Source of the DNA: an uncultured Gammaproteobacteria bacterium
Lineage (GTDB): Bacteria > Patescibacteriota > Microgenomatia > Levybacterales > UBA12049
NCBI GenBank assembly: GCA_964553245.1
Contig: CAZKJM010000001.1
Coordinates: forward strand, 145,806-209,805
DNA length: 64,000 nucleotides
Reading direction: 5' to 3'
How positions within the stretch are numbered: the first letter of the stretch is position 1; every line of letters begins with the position of its first letter. Shown piece after piece: positions 20,855 to 30,946 of this stretch. Made by a program: the position numbers and the translations under genes. The notes beneath the pieces were generated by a model. The model had not been told where the DNA came from, made no database searches, and saw only the letters and a list, made by a program, of their open reading frames with translations.

Positions 20855-21768
20855 GGATTAAAGCTTCCTTTTCCAAATTTTTTAATATAAAAGTCGATAA
20901 TCGCCTTTTTTTGCCAATTTCTTCCTTTTGTTAAAATTTTTGCGCTTTCTTTTATCAATGCAAATTTGGCTCTTAATGGAGCGTATTTTAGCCCAAACAT
21001 CATTCTGTTTCTGGTTATATAATAATCTTGAAGATTCGATCCCGAGCCACCCGAAGAAGAAGCATTATTATGGTAAACAATAGCATTTGGTTCATAAATA
21101 ATTTTATATCCGCATCTTTTTATTCTTAAGCTCAAATCGCCGTCTTCATAATAAAGAAAGTATTTTTCGTCAAATAAACCGGATTTTTTTAAAGCTTCTG
21201 TTTTTAACAACATACAACATCCGGTTGCATAATCTGTTTCTTCTCTTTTATTATATTGACCAATGTCTACCTCATCTACTCCCCTATGTAGTCCCACAAT
21301 ATTATTCCAATCGAATTTTCCACCCGCATACCAAAATACCCTACCGATTTCATCTCTTACGTATCTATCTTTATGATATTCAAAGCCAGGGGAAAAGTAA
21401 ATTTTAGGAACAACTATTCCGATATCACTATCTGATTTAATCGCCGAGACCATTTCTTTTAGAAAATTTATGTTTAGTTCAACATCATTATTTAATATTA
21501 AAATATAATCAAAGTTATTTTTAATTGCATACTTAAAGCTAATATTGTGACCACCTGCAAAGCCTAAATTAGAAATGTTTTCAATTAATTTAAGCGGAAT
21601 TGGATTAATAAAATCTTCTTTAATGGTTAGTTTTTCTTTAGATCCGTTATTAATTAACAAAACACTGATTTTAAAATTTTCGGTTTTTATTTTTTTAATT
21701 GAGTTTAAGCAATTAAAAGTTTCTTTTCTGCTATTAAAATTAAGTATGGAAATTAAAATATTTTTCAT
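20851..21768 (-). CDS. GT2 family glycosyltransferase
   Basis: 305 aa, 'ILISILNFNSRKETFNCLNSI', 'LLINNGS', 'YEDGDLSLRIKRCGYKIIYEP'. Confidence 0.7.
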   Translation of the reverse strand: MKNILISILNFNSRKETFNCLNSIKKIKTENFKISVLLINNGSKEKLTIKEDFINPIPLKLIENISNLGFAGGHNISFKYAIKNNFDYILILNNDVELNINFLKEMVSAIKSDSDIGIVVPKIYFSPGFEYHKDRYVRDEIGRVFWYAGGKFDWNNIVGLHRGVDEVDIGQYNKREETDYATGCCMLLKTEALKKSGLFDEKYFLYYEDGDLSLRIKRCGYKIIYEPNAIVYHNNASSSGGSGSNLQDYYITRNRMMFGLKYAPLRAKFALIKESAKILTKGRNWQKKAIIDFYIKKFGKGSFNP

Positions 21769-21770
21769 TT

Positions 21771-22469
21771 TTAATAAGTTGTTATATGTATTCTTGCTTG
21801 TTCTAAATTAGAAATATAACCCAAGCTGGTTTTCATTTGAACTTGATATAATTTATTTCCCTGGTCTAGGTTAATATTTTGAGAAAAAAGAAGCTTTTGC
21901 AATCCGCCATCCATTGAAACTTCCGAATACCATACTGGGTGTTTGTCGGTAGCATTATACAACCTTATCCAGACTGTTTGATTTCCGGTTGGAATAAAAA
22001 CAGATGGTTCAAAAACTACAGTTTTTATTTCTCCGTACATTGAGCTATCTACGTATGCCTGAGCACCCGATACGTCAGACCAGTCTTTTGAGGCACCGGC
22101 TCCGGATCCAAGCGGGATAAAAAACTCTTTTGTAGAATTAATTGATGAATTTTTTAAACCAGAAGAAGCTCCTGATGATTCTGAAGATAATTTTTTTAAA
22201 GAAACGGACTCATCAATTTTTTGCAAGCAACTTTTGGGACACTCTTCGCTTGTAGTTTTATTATCCTCAAACTGATTGCTTAAAATATCATTTTTACTAC
22301 TATCCTGAGATATTTTTAAAGCTGTTTCTTTTTTTATTGTGTCTTCTTTTGTAACATTACTTATTTTAATTAAATAGTAATCCAGAACGAATAAATTAAT
22401 TATTATTGCATAAAATACAATTAAAAAAAGATTCTTGTTAAATTTTTGTGTATTAAACCTGTCTCGCAT
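21771..22469 (-). CDS. Hypothetical membrane-anchored Ser-rich protein
   Basis: 232 aa. One N-terminal TM segment, a Ser/Thr-rich low-complexity linker ('SSESSGASSGLKNSSINSTKE', 'GSGAGASKDWSDVSGAQAY') and a C-terminal Tyr/Trp-containing domain. Tightly packed between two GT2 genes. Confidence 0.55.
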   Translation of the reverse strand: MRDRFNTQKFNKNLFLIVFYAIIINLFVLDYYLIKISNVTKEDTIKKETALKISQDSSKNDILSNQFEDNKTTSEECPKSCLQKIDESVSLKKLSSESSGASSGLKNSSINSTKEFFIPLGSGAGASKDWSDVSGAQAYVDSSMYGEIKTVVFEPSVFIPTGNQTVWIRLYNATDKHPVWYSEVSMDGGLQKLLFSQNINLDQGNKLYQVQMKTSLGYISNLEQARIHITTY

Positions 22470-22472
22470 AGA

Positions 22473-23378
22473 CTATAAAAATTTTCTCTTTAATTTTAGG
22501 AGCATCTTTTTTGAGTAGTTTTTAGTTGTTTTAATTTTTATACTTAAAAACCAATATGAAATATCTTTATAAACTTTTCCAAACTCAATCTTGATGTTTC
22601 GAATAAAATCTTCGCCTTCGACCTGAGCATAGTTATTTTCTTCCCAAATGTAGACAAAAATTAAAAAGTGATAAAAAGCCATAAGAAGAGAGAGTATTAA
22701 TCCGTAGAATCCATCCTTGTATCCTTCTCTTGCAAAAAATCTGTTTAAAAATTCGTTAAGTGGAAATCTTATCGCATCTGTGTATGAGAATTTATAACCT
22801 CTTTTAAGAAATTCATTTGCTTCGTTTGGTACATAAATTAACATTTTTTGAATGAATTGAGTAATGTTTTCATAATTTTTATGAAGAATGTGATTGCTTA
22901 AAACTCCCGTTTTCCCATCGATTTTTAGGTGCTCGTGAACATGTTCAGATTGATATTTTCCTTTTCCTTTCTTAAACAATCTTAACTGATTATCGGGATA
23001 CCAACCTGTATGTTCAATCCATTTACCAAAAATAATATTTTTTCTAGGAATCCAATAACCATTTACTTCTTCATTTTTATTAATGGTTTTTTTTATCTCT
23101 TCGGCCAGATCTCCATCTATCCTTTCGTCTGCGTCAAGGCTTAATATCCAATCACCAGTTGCTTTTCCAAATCCAAAGTTTTTTTGGATATCTATTTCTT
23201 TAGGATTATTTGAATGATTAAAAACTTTTTTTGTGTATTTTAAGGCGATTTCTTCTGTTTTATCTGTTGAAGAATTATTAACAACAATTATTTCTTCTGC
23301 AAAACTAACTGATTTTAAACATTCTTCAATCTTTTCTTGTTCATTATAAGCAGAAATTACTACTGATAATTTTTTCAT
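22473..23378 (-). CDS. GT2 family glycosyltransferase
   Basis: 301 aa, 'LSVVISAYNEQEKIEECLKSV', 'IIVVNNSSTDKTEEIA', 'SLDADERID'. Confidence 0.75.
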   Translation of the reverse strand: MKKLSVVISAYNEQEKIEECLKSVSFAEEIIVVNNSSTDKTEEIALKYTKKVFNHSNNPKEIDIQKNFGFGKATGDWILSLDADERIDGDLAEEIKKTINKNEEVNGYWIPRKNIIFGKWIEHTGWYPDNQLRLFKKGKGKYQSEHVHEHLKIDGKTGVLSNHILHKNYENITQFIQKMLIYVPNEANEFLKRGYKFSYTDAIRFPLNEFLNRFFAREGYKDGFYGLILSLLMAFYHFLIFVYIWEENNYAQVEGEDFIRNIKIEFGKVYKDISYWFLSIKIKTTKNYSKKMLLKLKRKFL

Positions 23379-23379
23379 A

Positions 23380-24834
23380 TTATTTTTTTAGATTGTTTAT
23401 TATAATTTTTAGGTTTGAGATCAGTTGTTCCTTGGATAAGGTTACCATTGATAAAAAGTATAACATAGCTGCTAATACCGCTGTAAACACTAAGCCAAAT
23501 ATGTTCACTACAGTTATCGAAGATATAAAATAAAGAAAAATACTCATTAGAATTGTAGAAAACAATGGATTTTTAATTGAACCAAAAACATCTACATTAA
23601 TCTGTCTTTTTACTATATAAACAACAATTAATCCGGATGGACCAATTATTGCTGACGCTAAAGCTGCTCCCGAAAACCCATAAACTGCTATTAGCAAAGG
23701 AGTCAATATCCACGTAGCAATTGTCCATCCAATCATTAAATATAACGTTATTTTTATTTTTCCGGTTGCGTTTAAAAAATTTGTTAATGGAGTTGAAACA
23801 GCAGCAAACATGGCATTTAAAGAAAATAATCCGAGTACTAAAAGCGCCGGCTCCCATTTCGTATATTTTGGAATAATATTAATTAAATAAGGCGCCAAAA
23901 TTACCATTCCGGCAAGACAAGGAAAAATAATAAAACAAGCTGCAAAAATTGATTTCTCTACTGCAATTTTTAAATGACCTCTGTCTTCCTGAAGTCTTGA
24001 GAATGAAGGAAAGGTAATCCTAATTACGTTATCCATAATTAGCCGTAACGGTAAAAATGCCCATTTTTGCGCAAAACCTAAATAGCCAACTTGAGCTATG
24101 GGCAAAGCTTTTCCTAAATATACTATTAATAAATCATCTTTTATTAATGCTAAGAGACTATTCAGTTGAAATGGCACGCCAAAAGACAAAAGCTTAGATG
24201 CTGACTTTTTTGAATATCCAAGTCTTATTTTCCACGGAGAAATAATATAAATTGTAATTAAACCCGACAATCCTCTTGCTAAAACCGCGTAAGTAAAAGA
24301 TGATACTCCGTAACCGTTAATCGCGAGAACTACCGCTATTATGTTAAAAAATAAAGTTTCAATAATTTGAGGTATTACCAGTTTTTCAAAATGAAGATTA
24401 CGTTCAAGTATTATTGATGGAATAGTTTTTAAAGATGAAAGGAAAAACGATATAACAAGCGCCTGTAGTAAGAAAAGGCTATCCGAATCAAGATTGTAAA
24501 AGCTTCCGATTTTAGGAGAGAAAATCAGCGCTAACAAAACTAACGTAATTACCAATGCTTGTTGGATCGTAAAGGTTGTTTTTAAATCATCTTCTTCTAT
24601 TTTTTCCTTTTTTTGTATTAAAGCGGCAGCAAGACCAATATCGGAAAAATAAGTAAGAAAAGCTATTATTGCGGAAACGACAAAATATACTCCGAATACT
24701 TGAGGGGATAGAAAAATAGTTAAAAGTAAGTTTGCAATAAAAGTTATTGCTTGCATTATAAAAGTTCTTGAAACCAATGCAAAAATTCCCCTTATTGATC
24801 TTTTTTTAACTGCGGCAATGTCAATTTCTTCCAC
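23380..24834 (-). CDS. Wzx-like oligosaccharide flippase (MOP/PST family)
   Basis: 484 aa, about 12 to 14 TM segments. N-terminal 'KKRSIRGIFALVSRTFIMQAITFIANLLLTIFLSPQVFGVYFVVSAIIAFLTYFSDIGLAAALIQ' is typical of polysaccharide biosynthesis protein/flippases. Confidence 0.75.
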   Translation of the reverse strand: MEEIDIAAVKKRSIRGIFALVSRTFIMQAITFIANLLLTIFLSPQVFGVYFVVSAIIAFLTYFSDIGLAAALIQKKEKIEEDDLKTTFTIQQALVITLVLLALIFSPKIGSFYNLDSDSLFLLQALVISFFLSSLKTIPSIILERNLHFEKLVIPQIIETLFFNIIAVVLAINGYGVSSFTYAVLARGLSGLITIYIISPWKIRLGYSKKSASKLLSFGVPFQLNSLLALIKDDLLIVYLGKALPIAQVGYLGFAQKWAFLPLRLIMDNVIRITFPSFSRLQEDRGHLKIAVEKSIFAACFIIFPCLAGMVILAPYLINIIPKYTKWEPALLVLGLFSLNAMFAAVSTPLTNFLNATGKIKITLYLMIGWTIATWILTPLLIAVYGFSGAALASAIIGPSGLIVVYIVKRQINVDVFGSIKNPLFSTILMSIFLYFISSITVVNIFGLVFTAVLAAMLYFLSMVTLSKEQLISNLKIIINNLKK

Positions 24835-25534
24835 AATTTAAATCCTTCCAAAGAGAAAAGCTTTCTTTTATAGCTCTTATTATTACTCGCAGATTTCCTC
24901 CGCTTTGATCACCATATTTTCTTGGGTAATGAGATACTTCTACTTGATCTATACTTAATCTTGCTTTCCTAGCTTTTGCTAAAATTTCCGTAGTAATCAT
25001 TGCTCCTTCTGATTTGAATGGCATAATTTTTTTTAATGCATCTTTTTTAAATAATTTAAATCCGCAGTCAATATCCTTATAATAAAATCCAAAGAAAAAT
25101 AAATCCCAAATTTTTAATAAAGTCATTAAAAGATGTCTAAAGGGATGATCGTTTCTTTTTTTTCTAAATCCAATAACTATATCAACCTTTCTTATTTTCT
25201 CCAAAAATTTCGGAAGTTCATTAAAATTAAATTGATTATCTCCATCAGTAAAAACAATCAATTTATATTTAGCATTATTAAAACCATCTTTTAAAGAAGC
25301 TCCATATCCTCTGTTTGGCATATGAGAAATTACCTTGAGATTATTGTTTTTACTAGCAAGTTCTTTGGCAATTTTTAAAGTATTATCAGATGATCCATCA
25401 TCTATCATTAAGATCTCCCATCTTTGAACAAATTTATCCGCTACTGGAATGGCATTGTTTACAACTTTTTCCAAATTTTTTTCTTCATTCCAAAAAGGAA
25501 AAAAGATTGATAATTCGGGTACTTTTTTAATCAT
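24821..25534 (-). CDS. GT2 polyprenol-phosphate sugar synthase (DPM1/ArnC-like)
   Basis: 237 aa, 'LSIFFPFWNEEKNL', 'LMIDDGSSDNT', 'NRGYGASLKDGF', 'TDGDNQF'. Confidence 0.75.
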   Translation of the reverse strand: MIKKVPELSIFFPFWNEEKNLEKVVNNAIPVADKFVQRWEILMIDDGSSDNTLKIAKELASKNNNLKVISHMPNRGYGASLKDGFNNAKYKLIVFTDGDNQFNFNELPKFLEKIRKVDIVIGFRKKRNDHPFRHLLMTLLKIWDLFFFGFYYKDIDCGFKLFKKDALKKIMPFKSEGAMITTEILAKARKARLSIDQVEVSHYPRKYGDQSGGNLRVIIRAIKESFSLWKDLNCGRN

Positions 25535-27033
25535 TTATTTTTTTTCTTTCTAGTAAAAATTATACCAAGAACAACTATTAATATACCAGCTAGGGAAATA
25601 CTATTTCCGATTTTTTCTATAGGAGTGTCTATAAACACAAAAATTGGTTTGTTTTTTAATGCTTCTTCTGCATTTTTAGGTTTCTTAACATTTTTAGGGA
25701 GGTATTCATCGGAAATTTTTGAAGTTGTCCACCTTAAACTATAGTCATTAATATAGTCATTCGCTGTTTTATTTAATATTTCTCGTGGATGAAAAAATTT
25801 AAAATTTACCAAAACAATCAAAAGAATTGTTATTAAAAATTCTACAAAAATTATATTTTTATTTTTTATAAATTGTCTCGAAAATACAATAATTGAACCC
25901 CCTAAGAATGCGCTAAAAAATCCAACCATATTTAAATAACGCCATGGGTATTGAAAATATTTCATTGGAGAAATTAACTCCCAAATAATTTTAGATTGAG
26001 AAAGCATCAGGAAAATGGAAAATATTAATCCAGAAAACAAAACTATACACAAATATTTTGTTTTTTTATCAATTTCTTTTCCGAGCATCAAACTAATTAT
26101 TAAAAAAATCATAGAGAAAACAACGATTAAAATGTTTAATTTTCCTAACATAAACGACAATCCATCGCTACATGTTTTTGTAGATCCACCAAAACCCCAA
26201 TAGCTATACCAAAGTTGATCTAAGCATACGAAATGATCTTTGAAATCAGCTCCGCCACCGATTGTTGAAGAAACATTCGTATTGCCCATTTCCAAAATAG
26301 CCGGAAGCCAGTAAAATGCAGAAATTAATATGCTAAGAAAAAATGCAGAAATTAAATAAAACGTATTCTTGTTCTTTTTATGCTTTAAATTTAAGATTCC
26401 TAAAATTATAAGTAAAACTATCAAAAAAGGAGTAATCATCATTGCTGTTAAATTATGAGAAAGAATTACCCCGGAAAATCCGATTACAGAAATAATCACG
26501 TAAATGTATTTATTATTTTTAAATAATTTATAAAATCCAAAAAATGCTAAAGGAATAAAAGCATATGCCCACAGCTCGGAAATTGCTCCTCTGACATAAA
26601 TATTTACAGCATGATATGGAAAAAACACATATAAAAGAGCTGATATTATCCCTCCTTTTTTACCCCAAAATTCCCTGGCCAATAAATACATTGAAAAACT
26701 CGATAATAAAACCCCAAATATAATCATAATTTTTGTTGAAACTAAAGCGTCAAACCCTAATAAAACAAACTTTGCACCAAAATAATATGCAAGCGGCGCA
26801 TAGAAGTTAAAAATTGGATAACCAAGCCCGTAACCAAGGTCAGCTACCCATCTAACTGGAAACATCCCCATTTTGAGCGATTTTGCCATTTCATAAACTC
26901 TTTGCACTTGTGTATCATCGTGCATTGGGAAAAAACCGGAGTGAAAAAAAGACAAAATGCTAAAAGATGATAATAAAATTACCAAAATATATGGAATTAA
27001 TTTTTTGAATAAAGCCATACCTGTATTATACAA
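25531..27033 (-). CDS. Unclassified polytopic membrane protein, GT-C-like (paralog of 27061..28581)
   Basis: 500 aa, about 12 TM segments. First-loop 'SGFFPMHDDTQ...MFPVRWVADLGYGLGYPIFNFYAPL' is paralogous to 'TGFFTTDDGNW...QFPVRFLPRLNNDFGYPVANFLYPL' of the next gene. I cannot place the family by eye. Confidence 0.55.
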   Translation of the reverse strand: MYNTGMALFKKLIPYILVILLSSFSILSFFHSGFFPMHDDTQVQRVYEMAKSLKMGMFPVRWVADLGYGLGYPIFNFYAPLAYYFGAKFVLLGFDALVSTKIMIIFGVLLSSFSMYLLAREFWGKKGGIISALLYVFFPYHAVNIYVRGAISELWAYAFIPLAFFGFYKLFKNNKYIYVIISVIGFSGVILSHNLTAMMITPFLIVLLIILGILNLKHKKNKNTFYLISAFFLSILISAFYWLPAILEMGNTNVSSTIGGGADFKDHFVCLDQLWYSYWGFGGSTKTCSDGLSFMLGKLNILIVVFSMIFLIISLMLGKEIDKKTKYLCIVLFSGLIFSIFLMLSQSKIIWELISPMKYFQYPWRYLNMVGFFSAFLGGSIIVFSRQFIKNKNIIFVEFLITILLIVLVNFKFFHPREILNKTANDYINDYSLRWTTSKISDEYLPKNVKKPKNAEEALKNKPIFVFIDTPIEKIGNSISLAGILIVVLGIIFTRKKKNK

Positions 27034-27060
27034 AGATCAGGTTTAAATTGAAAGAAATTA

Positions 27061-28581
27061 TTATTCGATTTTATATCTGAAAAAGCTAATTAAACATAAA
27101 ATTAGAAGAGAAATTAGCGAAAAAATATCTGCAAACAACCTAATTTGTGTCTCCGTGAAATAAACCTGGACAAAATGGCTTCCTGAATTTAGGTTAAATT
27201 GAATTAATCCACCTTCGTTGTTATGGTTAATCATAGCTTTTTCCCTATTAACCACAACCATCCATCCGGGGTAATAAATGGTATTGATAGAGATCAGTGA
27301 TTTTTCTTTTATATCTGCTGTAAAACTGATCTTGCTCCCTTTATTTATTAAATTTTTAATCTCTCCTTTTCCTTTGATAATTTGAACTTTTTCTAAAGAA
27401 TTAGATATGGGTAATTTATTGACCCAATTAGGAATATATTCATTTTTTACTGTAGTTGTATCTTGATTGGTCGAGTAAAAAGCATCGGGATAATTAGTAA
27501 ATTCTTTTGGATAAATAAAATCTTTTGCTCCAAAAACCAAAAAAACCAAATAAATTCCCAACAGAATTATTTTTTGCTTTCCTTTAATAAGAGATAGTTG
27601 ATAAGCTATCAAAAAAGTTGTAGTTAAAACCAAGATTGAAATAAACCTAAAAGGAAATTGAATATAAGACGAAATAACCTGCCAAATAAAATCGGAGATT
27701 GGAAAAAGTAAAAACAAAACAATTACCGAAGATGCAAAAAATAACCAATAACTTCTATCCTTTATCTTTTTTACAAAAACAAAAGTAAATAGAAATGAGA
27801 TCAAAAACACCAAACCAATTAAATTTAAATCATGGAAATTTATAAAATAATTAGAATAGTCAGAGACCAAAACTCTATCAAAAACCACAAATCTTCTTTC
27901 ATAAATTGCAGGAAACCAAAAAAAACAAGATATCCCTAATCCAAAAATTAAAGATGTTAATATTTTTTTAATTTTCTTTTGGGAGAAATAATAGTAAAAA
28001 ATAATTATTGGAAAAAATAATAATGCCAATGTGTTATGTGATAAAACTAAAGCTGCAATACCAATGGATACAAAAAATAAACTATTTCTTTCTATCTGCC
28101 AAAAAATAAACGGGATAATTGATAATGCCAAAACTTCCCCAACTGATCCTCTTTTATAAACATCCCATAAATGATATGGAAAATATAAATAAACCAAAGA
28201 CCCAATCATAGAGGATAGGTTGTCAAACTTTTTTCTAAGCCACATAAAGGAAAAAAATGCTGAAGAAATTAAGCTTAAGCCAAAAATTATTTTTATTGTA
28301 TTTACAAAACTAAAACCTAATAAGTGGATTGGCACACCGATATACATAAATAACGGATATAAAAAATTAGCAACCGGATAACCAAAGTCATTATTTAATC
28401 TTGGTAAAAATCTAACAGGAAACTGACCATTTTTTAAGGCTTCGTAGAAAGCAGAGAATCTTATTATCATCCAGTTGCCATCATCTGTTGTAAAAAATCC
28501 AGTTTTGAAAAGCGTAAAAAATGAAGGAATAGACAAAATTAAAATTATTATTAAATACTTTATTAATAATTTATCTTTCAT
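27061..28581 (-). CDS. Unclassified polytopic membrane protein, GT-C-like (paralog of 25531..27033)
   Basis: 506 aa. See the paralog entry. It has a C-terminal extracytoplasmic segment and a final TM anchor. Confidence 0.55.
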   Translation of the reverse strand: MKDKLLIKYLIIILILSIPSFFTLFKTGFFTTDDGNWMIIRFSAFYEALKNGQFPVRFLPRLNNDFGYPVANFLYPLFMYIGVPIHLLGFSFVNTIKIIFGLSLISSAFFSFMWLRKKFDNLSSMIGSLVYLYFPYHLWDVYKRGSVGEVLALSIIPFIFWQIERNSLFFVSIGIAALVLSHNTLALLFFPIIIFYYYFSQKKIKKILTSLIFGLGISCFFWFPAIYERRFVVFDRVLVSDYSNYFINFHDLNLIGLVFLISFLFTFVFVKKIKDRSYWLFFASSVIVLFLLFPISDFIWQVISSYIQFPFRFISILVLTTTFLIAYQLSLIKGKQKIILLGIYLVFLVFGAKDFIYPKEFTNYPDAFYSTNQDTTTVKNEYIPNWVNKLPISNSLEKVQIIKGKGEIKNLINKGSKISFTADIKEKSLISINTIYYPGWMVVVNREKAMINHNNEGGLIQFNLNSGSHFVQVYFTETQIRLFADIFSLISLLILCLISFFRYKIE

Positions 28582-30946
28582 AAATTCTTTTAAATAAAAT
28601 CAAGTAAATGATTAATAAGAATACTCCGATTATTGATATCTTAAGCCCCGTAATAAATGATTCTGGAAAATAATACATTTCTAGCCTATGCTCACCTTGT
28701 TTTATGGGAATCGCTCTAAAGCTGTAATTTGCTCTGTAAATTTCTTTTTCTTTTCCATCAATTAAAGCTTTCCATCCGGGAAAATAATTGTCTGATATAA
28801 AAAATAAACTGTCTGCATCTGTCTTTATTTTAAAATTTAATTTATTTGGTGTATAGTCAACTATTTCAATATTACTTTTGGAGATTTTTCCAAGGGTAAT
28901 TTTTGGATCTTTTTCTAAAATTAAGGTTTCCTGCAAGTTTACTTTATCGTCATATATTTTTGAAATTATCTTATCTTTTCCATTACTGATTTCATAATTA
29001 TCCGCTAAATAAAATCTTGGGAAAACATTTTTGTTTTCATAAATTTGCCAGGGATTTTTTTGCCAAATAAGTTTATATGAATCTTGCGGAAAGGTAACGT
29101 AATCCGGATTAAATGACCCAGACATTAATTCATCTTTATGTAAAACATATTTTATCCCTAACAGATTAAGGATTCTTTGCCTATATGGGTTACTTTTTAA
29201 ATCCATATTGCCAAAACCCGGAGCAATATTTGCATCCGGACGCGGTAAGATATTAGGTAATTCACCATATTTCGAAGAAGCTAATAACTCTCCATATGAA
29301 GAAATATGTAATGGGTCGTTTCCCTCCGGTGAATAAGTACCATCTACGCTTTGGTAATTCGATTGAATATAACCCGAGCCATATCCCCAGAAGCGATTGA
29401 TTCCGGCGTTTTCTTGCAAATAGTTCATAACCGGAGTATTGGGGTAAGTAAAACTGTATGGCGAAAAAGGTGTAATCTTATTAAAAAAATATAATAAATC
29501 AAAAATTATTAATAACAGCACAAAAACTAAACTTATGTTTTTAAATTTATTCTTTAGATAAAAAATAATTAACGTTGCCAGTGTTAAAAACGACGGCAAC
29601 AACATATTTCGAATGCTAATTTTAAAATTATTGTCCGTGATGTAACCTGCTTTATAAATTAAAAAAGCAGCTGAAGAAAACAAAAGTATTGCAAGAATAA
29701 AAAACAACGGGTATTTGCTTTTTAAATTTTTTTCTTCTATCCAATAATTAATCCCCATCGCACCAAGAACTATTATTGAAAAAATGAAAATGCATAATTC
29801 TCTGGTCGGAATTGTTGTTGAAATTACCGGAATCGGCAATAAGTAAAAATACTTAATAAACGGTATATTTGTCGCAATGATTAAAGACAACGCTGCAATA
29901 ATTCCAAAAAATTTTTTTTCCGGTTTTTTTACTTTTAAAATTGCATAAACTGCGAAGAAAAAAATAACAACTCCCGGATACATTACTCTTTCTATATATG
30001 TTCCGTCAATCCAGTAATTCCTTGATGCGGGATTGCCAAAAAAATCAGGAAAAATTATTGTTATCCAATAATAAATCGGGGATAAAGTTTTGGAAAATTG
30101 TTCCAGTGCATATGATCCACGTGTTGAATTTTTAAAAATCTCAAGAGTCGGTAAAAATTGAAAAGCGGATAAAATGAATGGAAAAAATAAAATACTTAAA
30201 AAAATTATTGTTTTTTTTATCTTAGCCTTAACTTTTTGCGAGAACAACAAAAATAAAAAATATAACAAACAAATACTGTAAGCATAAAAAACTCCCTGGA
30301 TATATCCCGCCAATAAACTTAACGTAAAAATAATAATTAACGATAAAACATTTTTATAATTTTGTTGTTCTGTAAGCTTATTTATCAAAAAAAGAGCAAG
30401 AGGCAGCCAAAGAAACGTAGAACCAATATTGCCGTATTCTATCCAAACTACCATATATGAAGAAAACGCAAAGGCAATTCCGCCTATAACCGAAACAGTT
30501 TTTTGAAGCCGTAATCCTTTGTTTAAATAAATAAACATAAAGATTGCGGCAAAAAACGGTTGAGACATGATAAATAATGTCCAAGCAAAATTAAAAGGTA
30601 AAAATAAATAAAAAAGATTTAACGGATAAAAAACTGCTGTTTGAAAATTTGCCATCTGAGGGTTTCCGGAAAAATTATGAGGATTCCAAAAAGGAATTTG
30701 CCCGTTTTTCAGCTGCTCTATGGAAAAATACTTCCAAGGATATATTTCGTTTATTACATCTGGACCTTGTGCTTTATCTGGATAACTTCCCGGAGAATAT
30801 CCCAAAAACGATTCGCTTCTGTAGGGATTTTGGTTAATCAATAAGTCTCCGGGGAAAGGAATTTGTCCGTTAAAAATCGGTTTAAAAAAAATAAGTACAA
30901 TAAAAAGAATCAACAGATACGGATAAGTCCTTTTTAAAATTTTCAT
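28571..30946 (-). CDS. YfhO-like GT-C membrane protein
   Basis: 791 aa, 'NEIYPWKY', 'WNPHNFSGNP', 'IFPDFFGNPASRNYW', 'YPGVVIFFFAVYA'. Confidence 0.8.
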   Translation of the reverse strand: MKILKRTYPYLLILFIVLIFFKPIFNGQIPFPGDLLINQNPYRSESFLGYSPGSYPDKAQGPDVINEIYPWKYFSIEQLKNGQIPFWNPHNFSGNPQMANFQTAVFYPLNLFYLFLPFNFAWTLFIMSQPFFAAIFMFIYLNKGLRLQKTVSVIGGIAFAFSSYMVVWIEYGNIGSTFLWLPLALFLINKLTEQQNYKNVLSLIIIFTLSLLAGYIQGVFYAYSICLLYFLFLLFSQKVKAKIKKTIIFLSILFFPFILSAFQFLPTLEIFKNSTRGSYALEQFSKTLSPIYYWITIIFPDFFGNPASRNYWIDGTYIERVMYPGVVIFFFAVYAILKVKKPEKKFFGIIAALSLIIATNIPFIKYFYLLPIPVISTTIPTRELCIFIFSIIVLGAMGINYWIEEKNLKSKYPLFFILAILLFSSAAFLIYKAGYITDNNFKISIRNMLLPSFLTLATLIIFYLKNKFKNISLVFVLLLIIFDLLYFFNKITPFSPYSFTYPNTPVMNYLQENAGINRFWGYGSGYIQSNYQSVDGTYSPEGNDPLHISSYGELLASSKYGELPNILPRPDANIAPGFGNMDLKSNPYRQRILNLLGIKYVLHKDELMSGSFNPDYVTFPQDSYKLIWQKNPWQIYENKNVFPRFYLADNYEISNGKDKIISKIYDDKVNLQETLILEKDPKITLGKISKSNIEIVDYTPNKLNFKIKTDADSLFFISDNYFPGWKALIDGKEKEIYRANYSFRAIPIKQGEHRLEMYYFPESFITGLKISIIGVFLLIIYLILFKRIYER

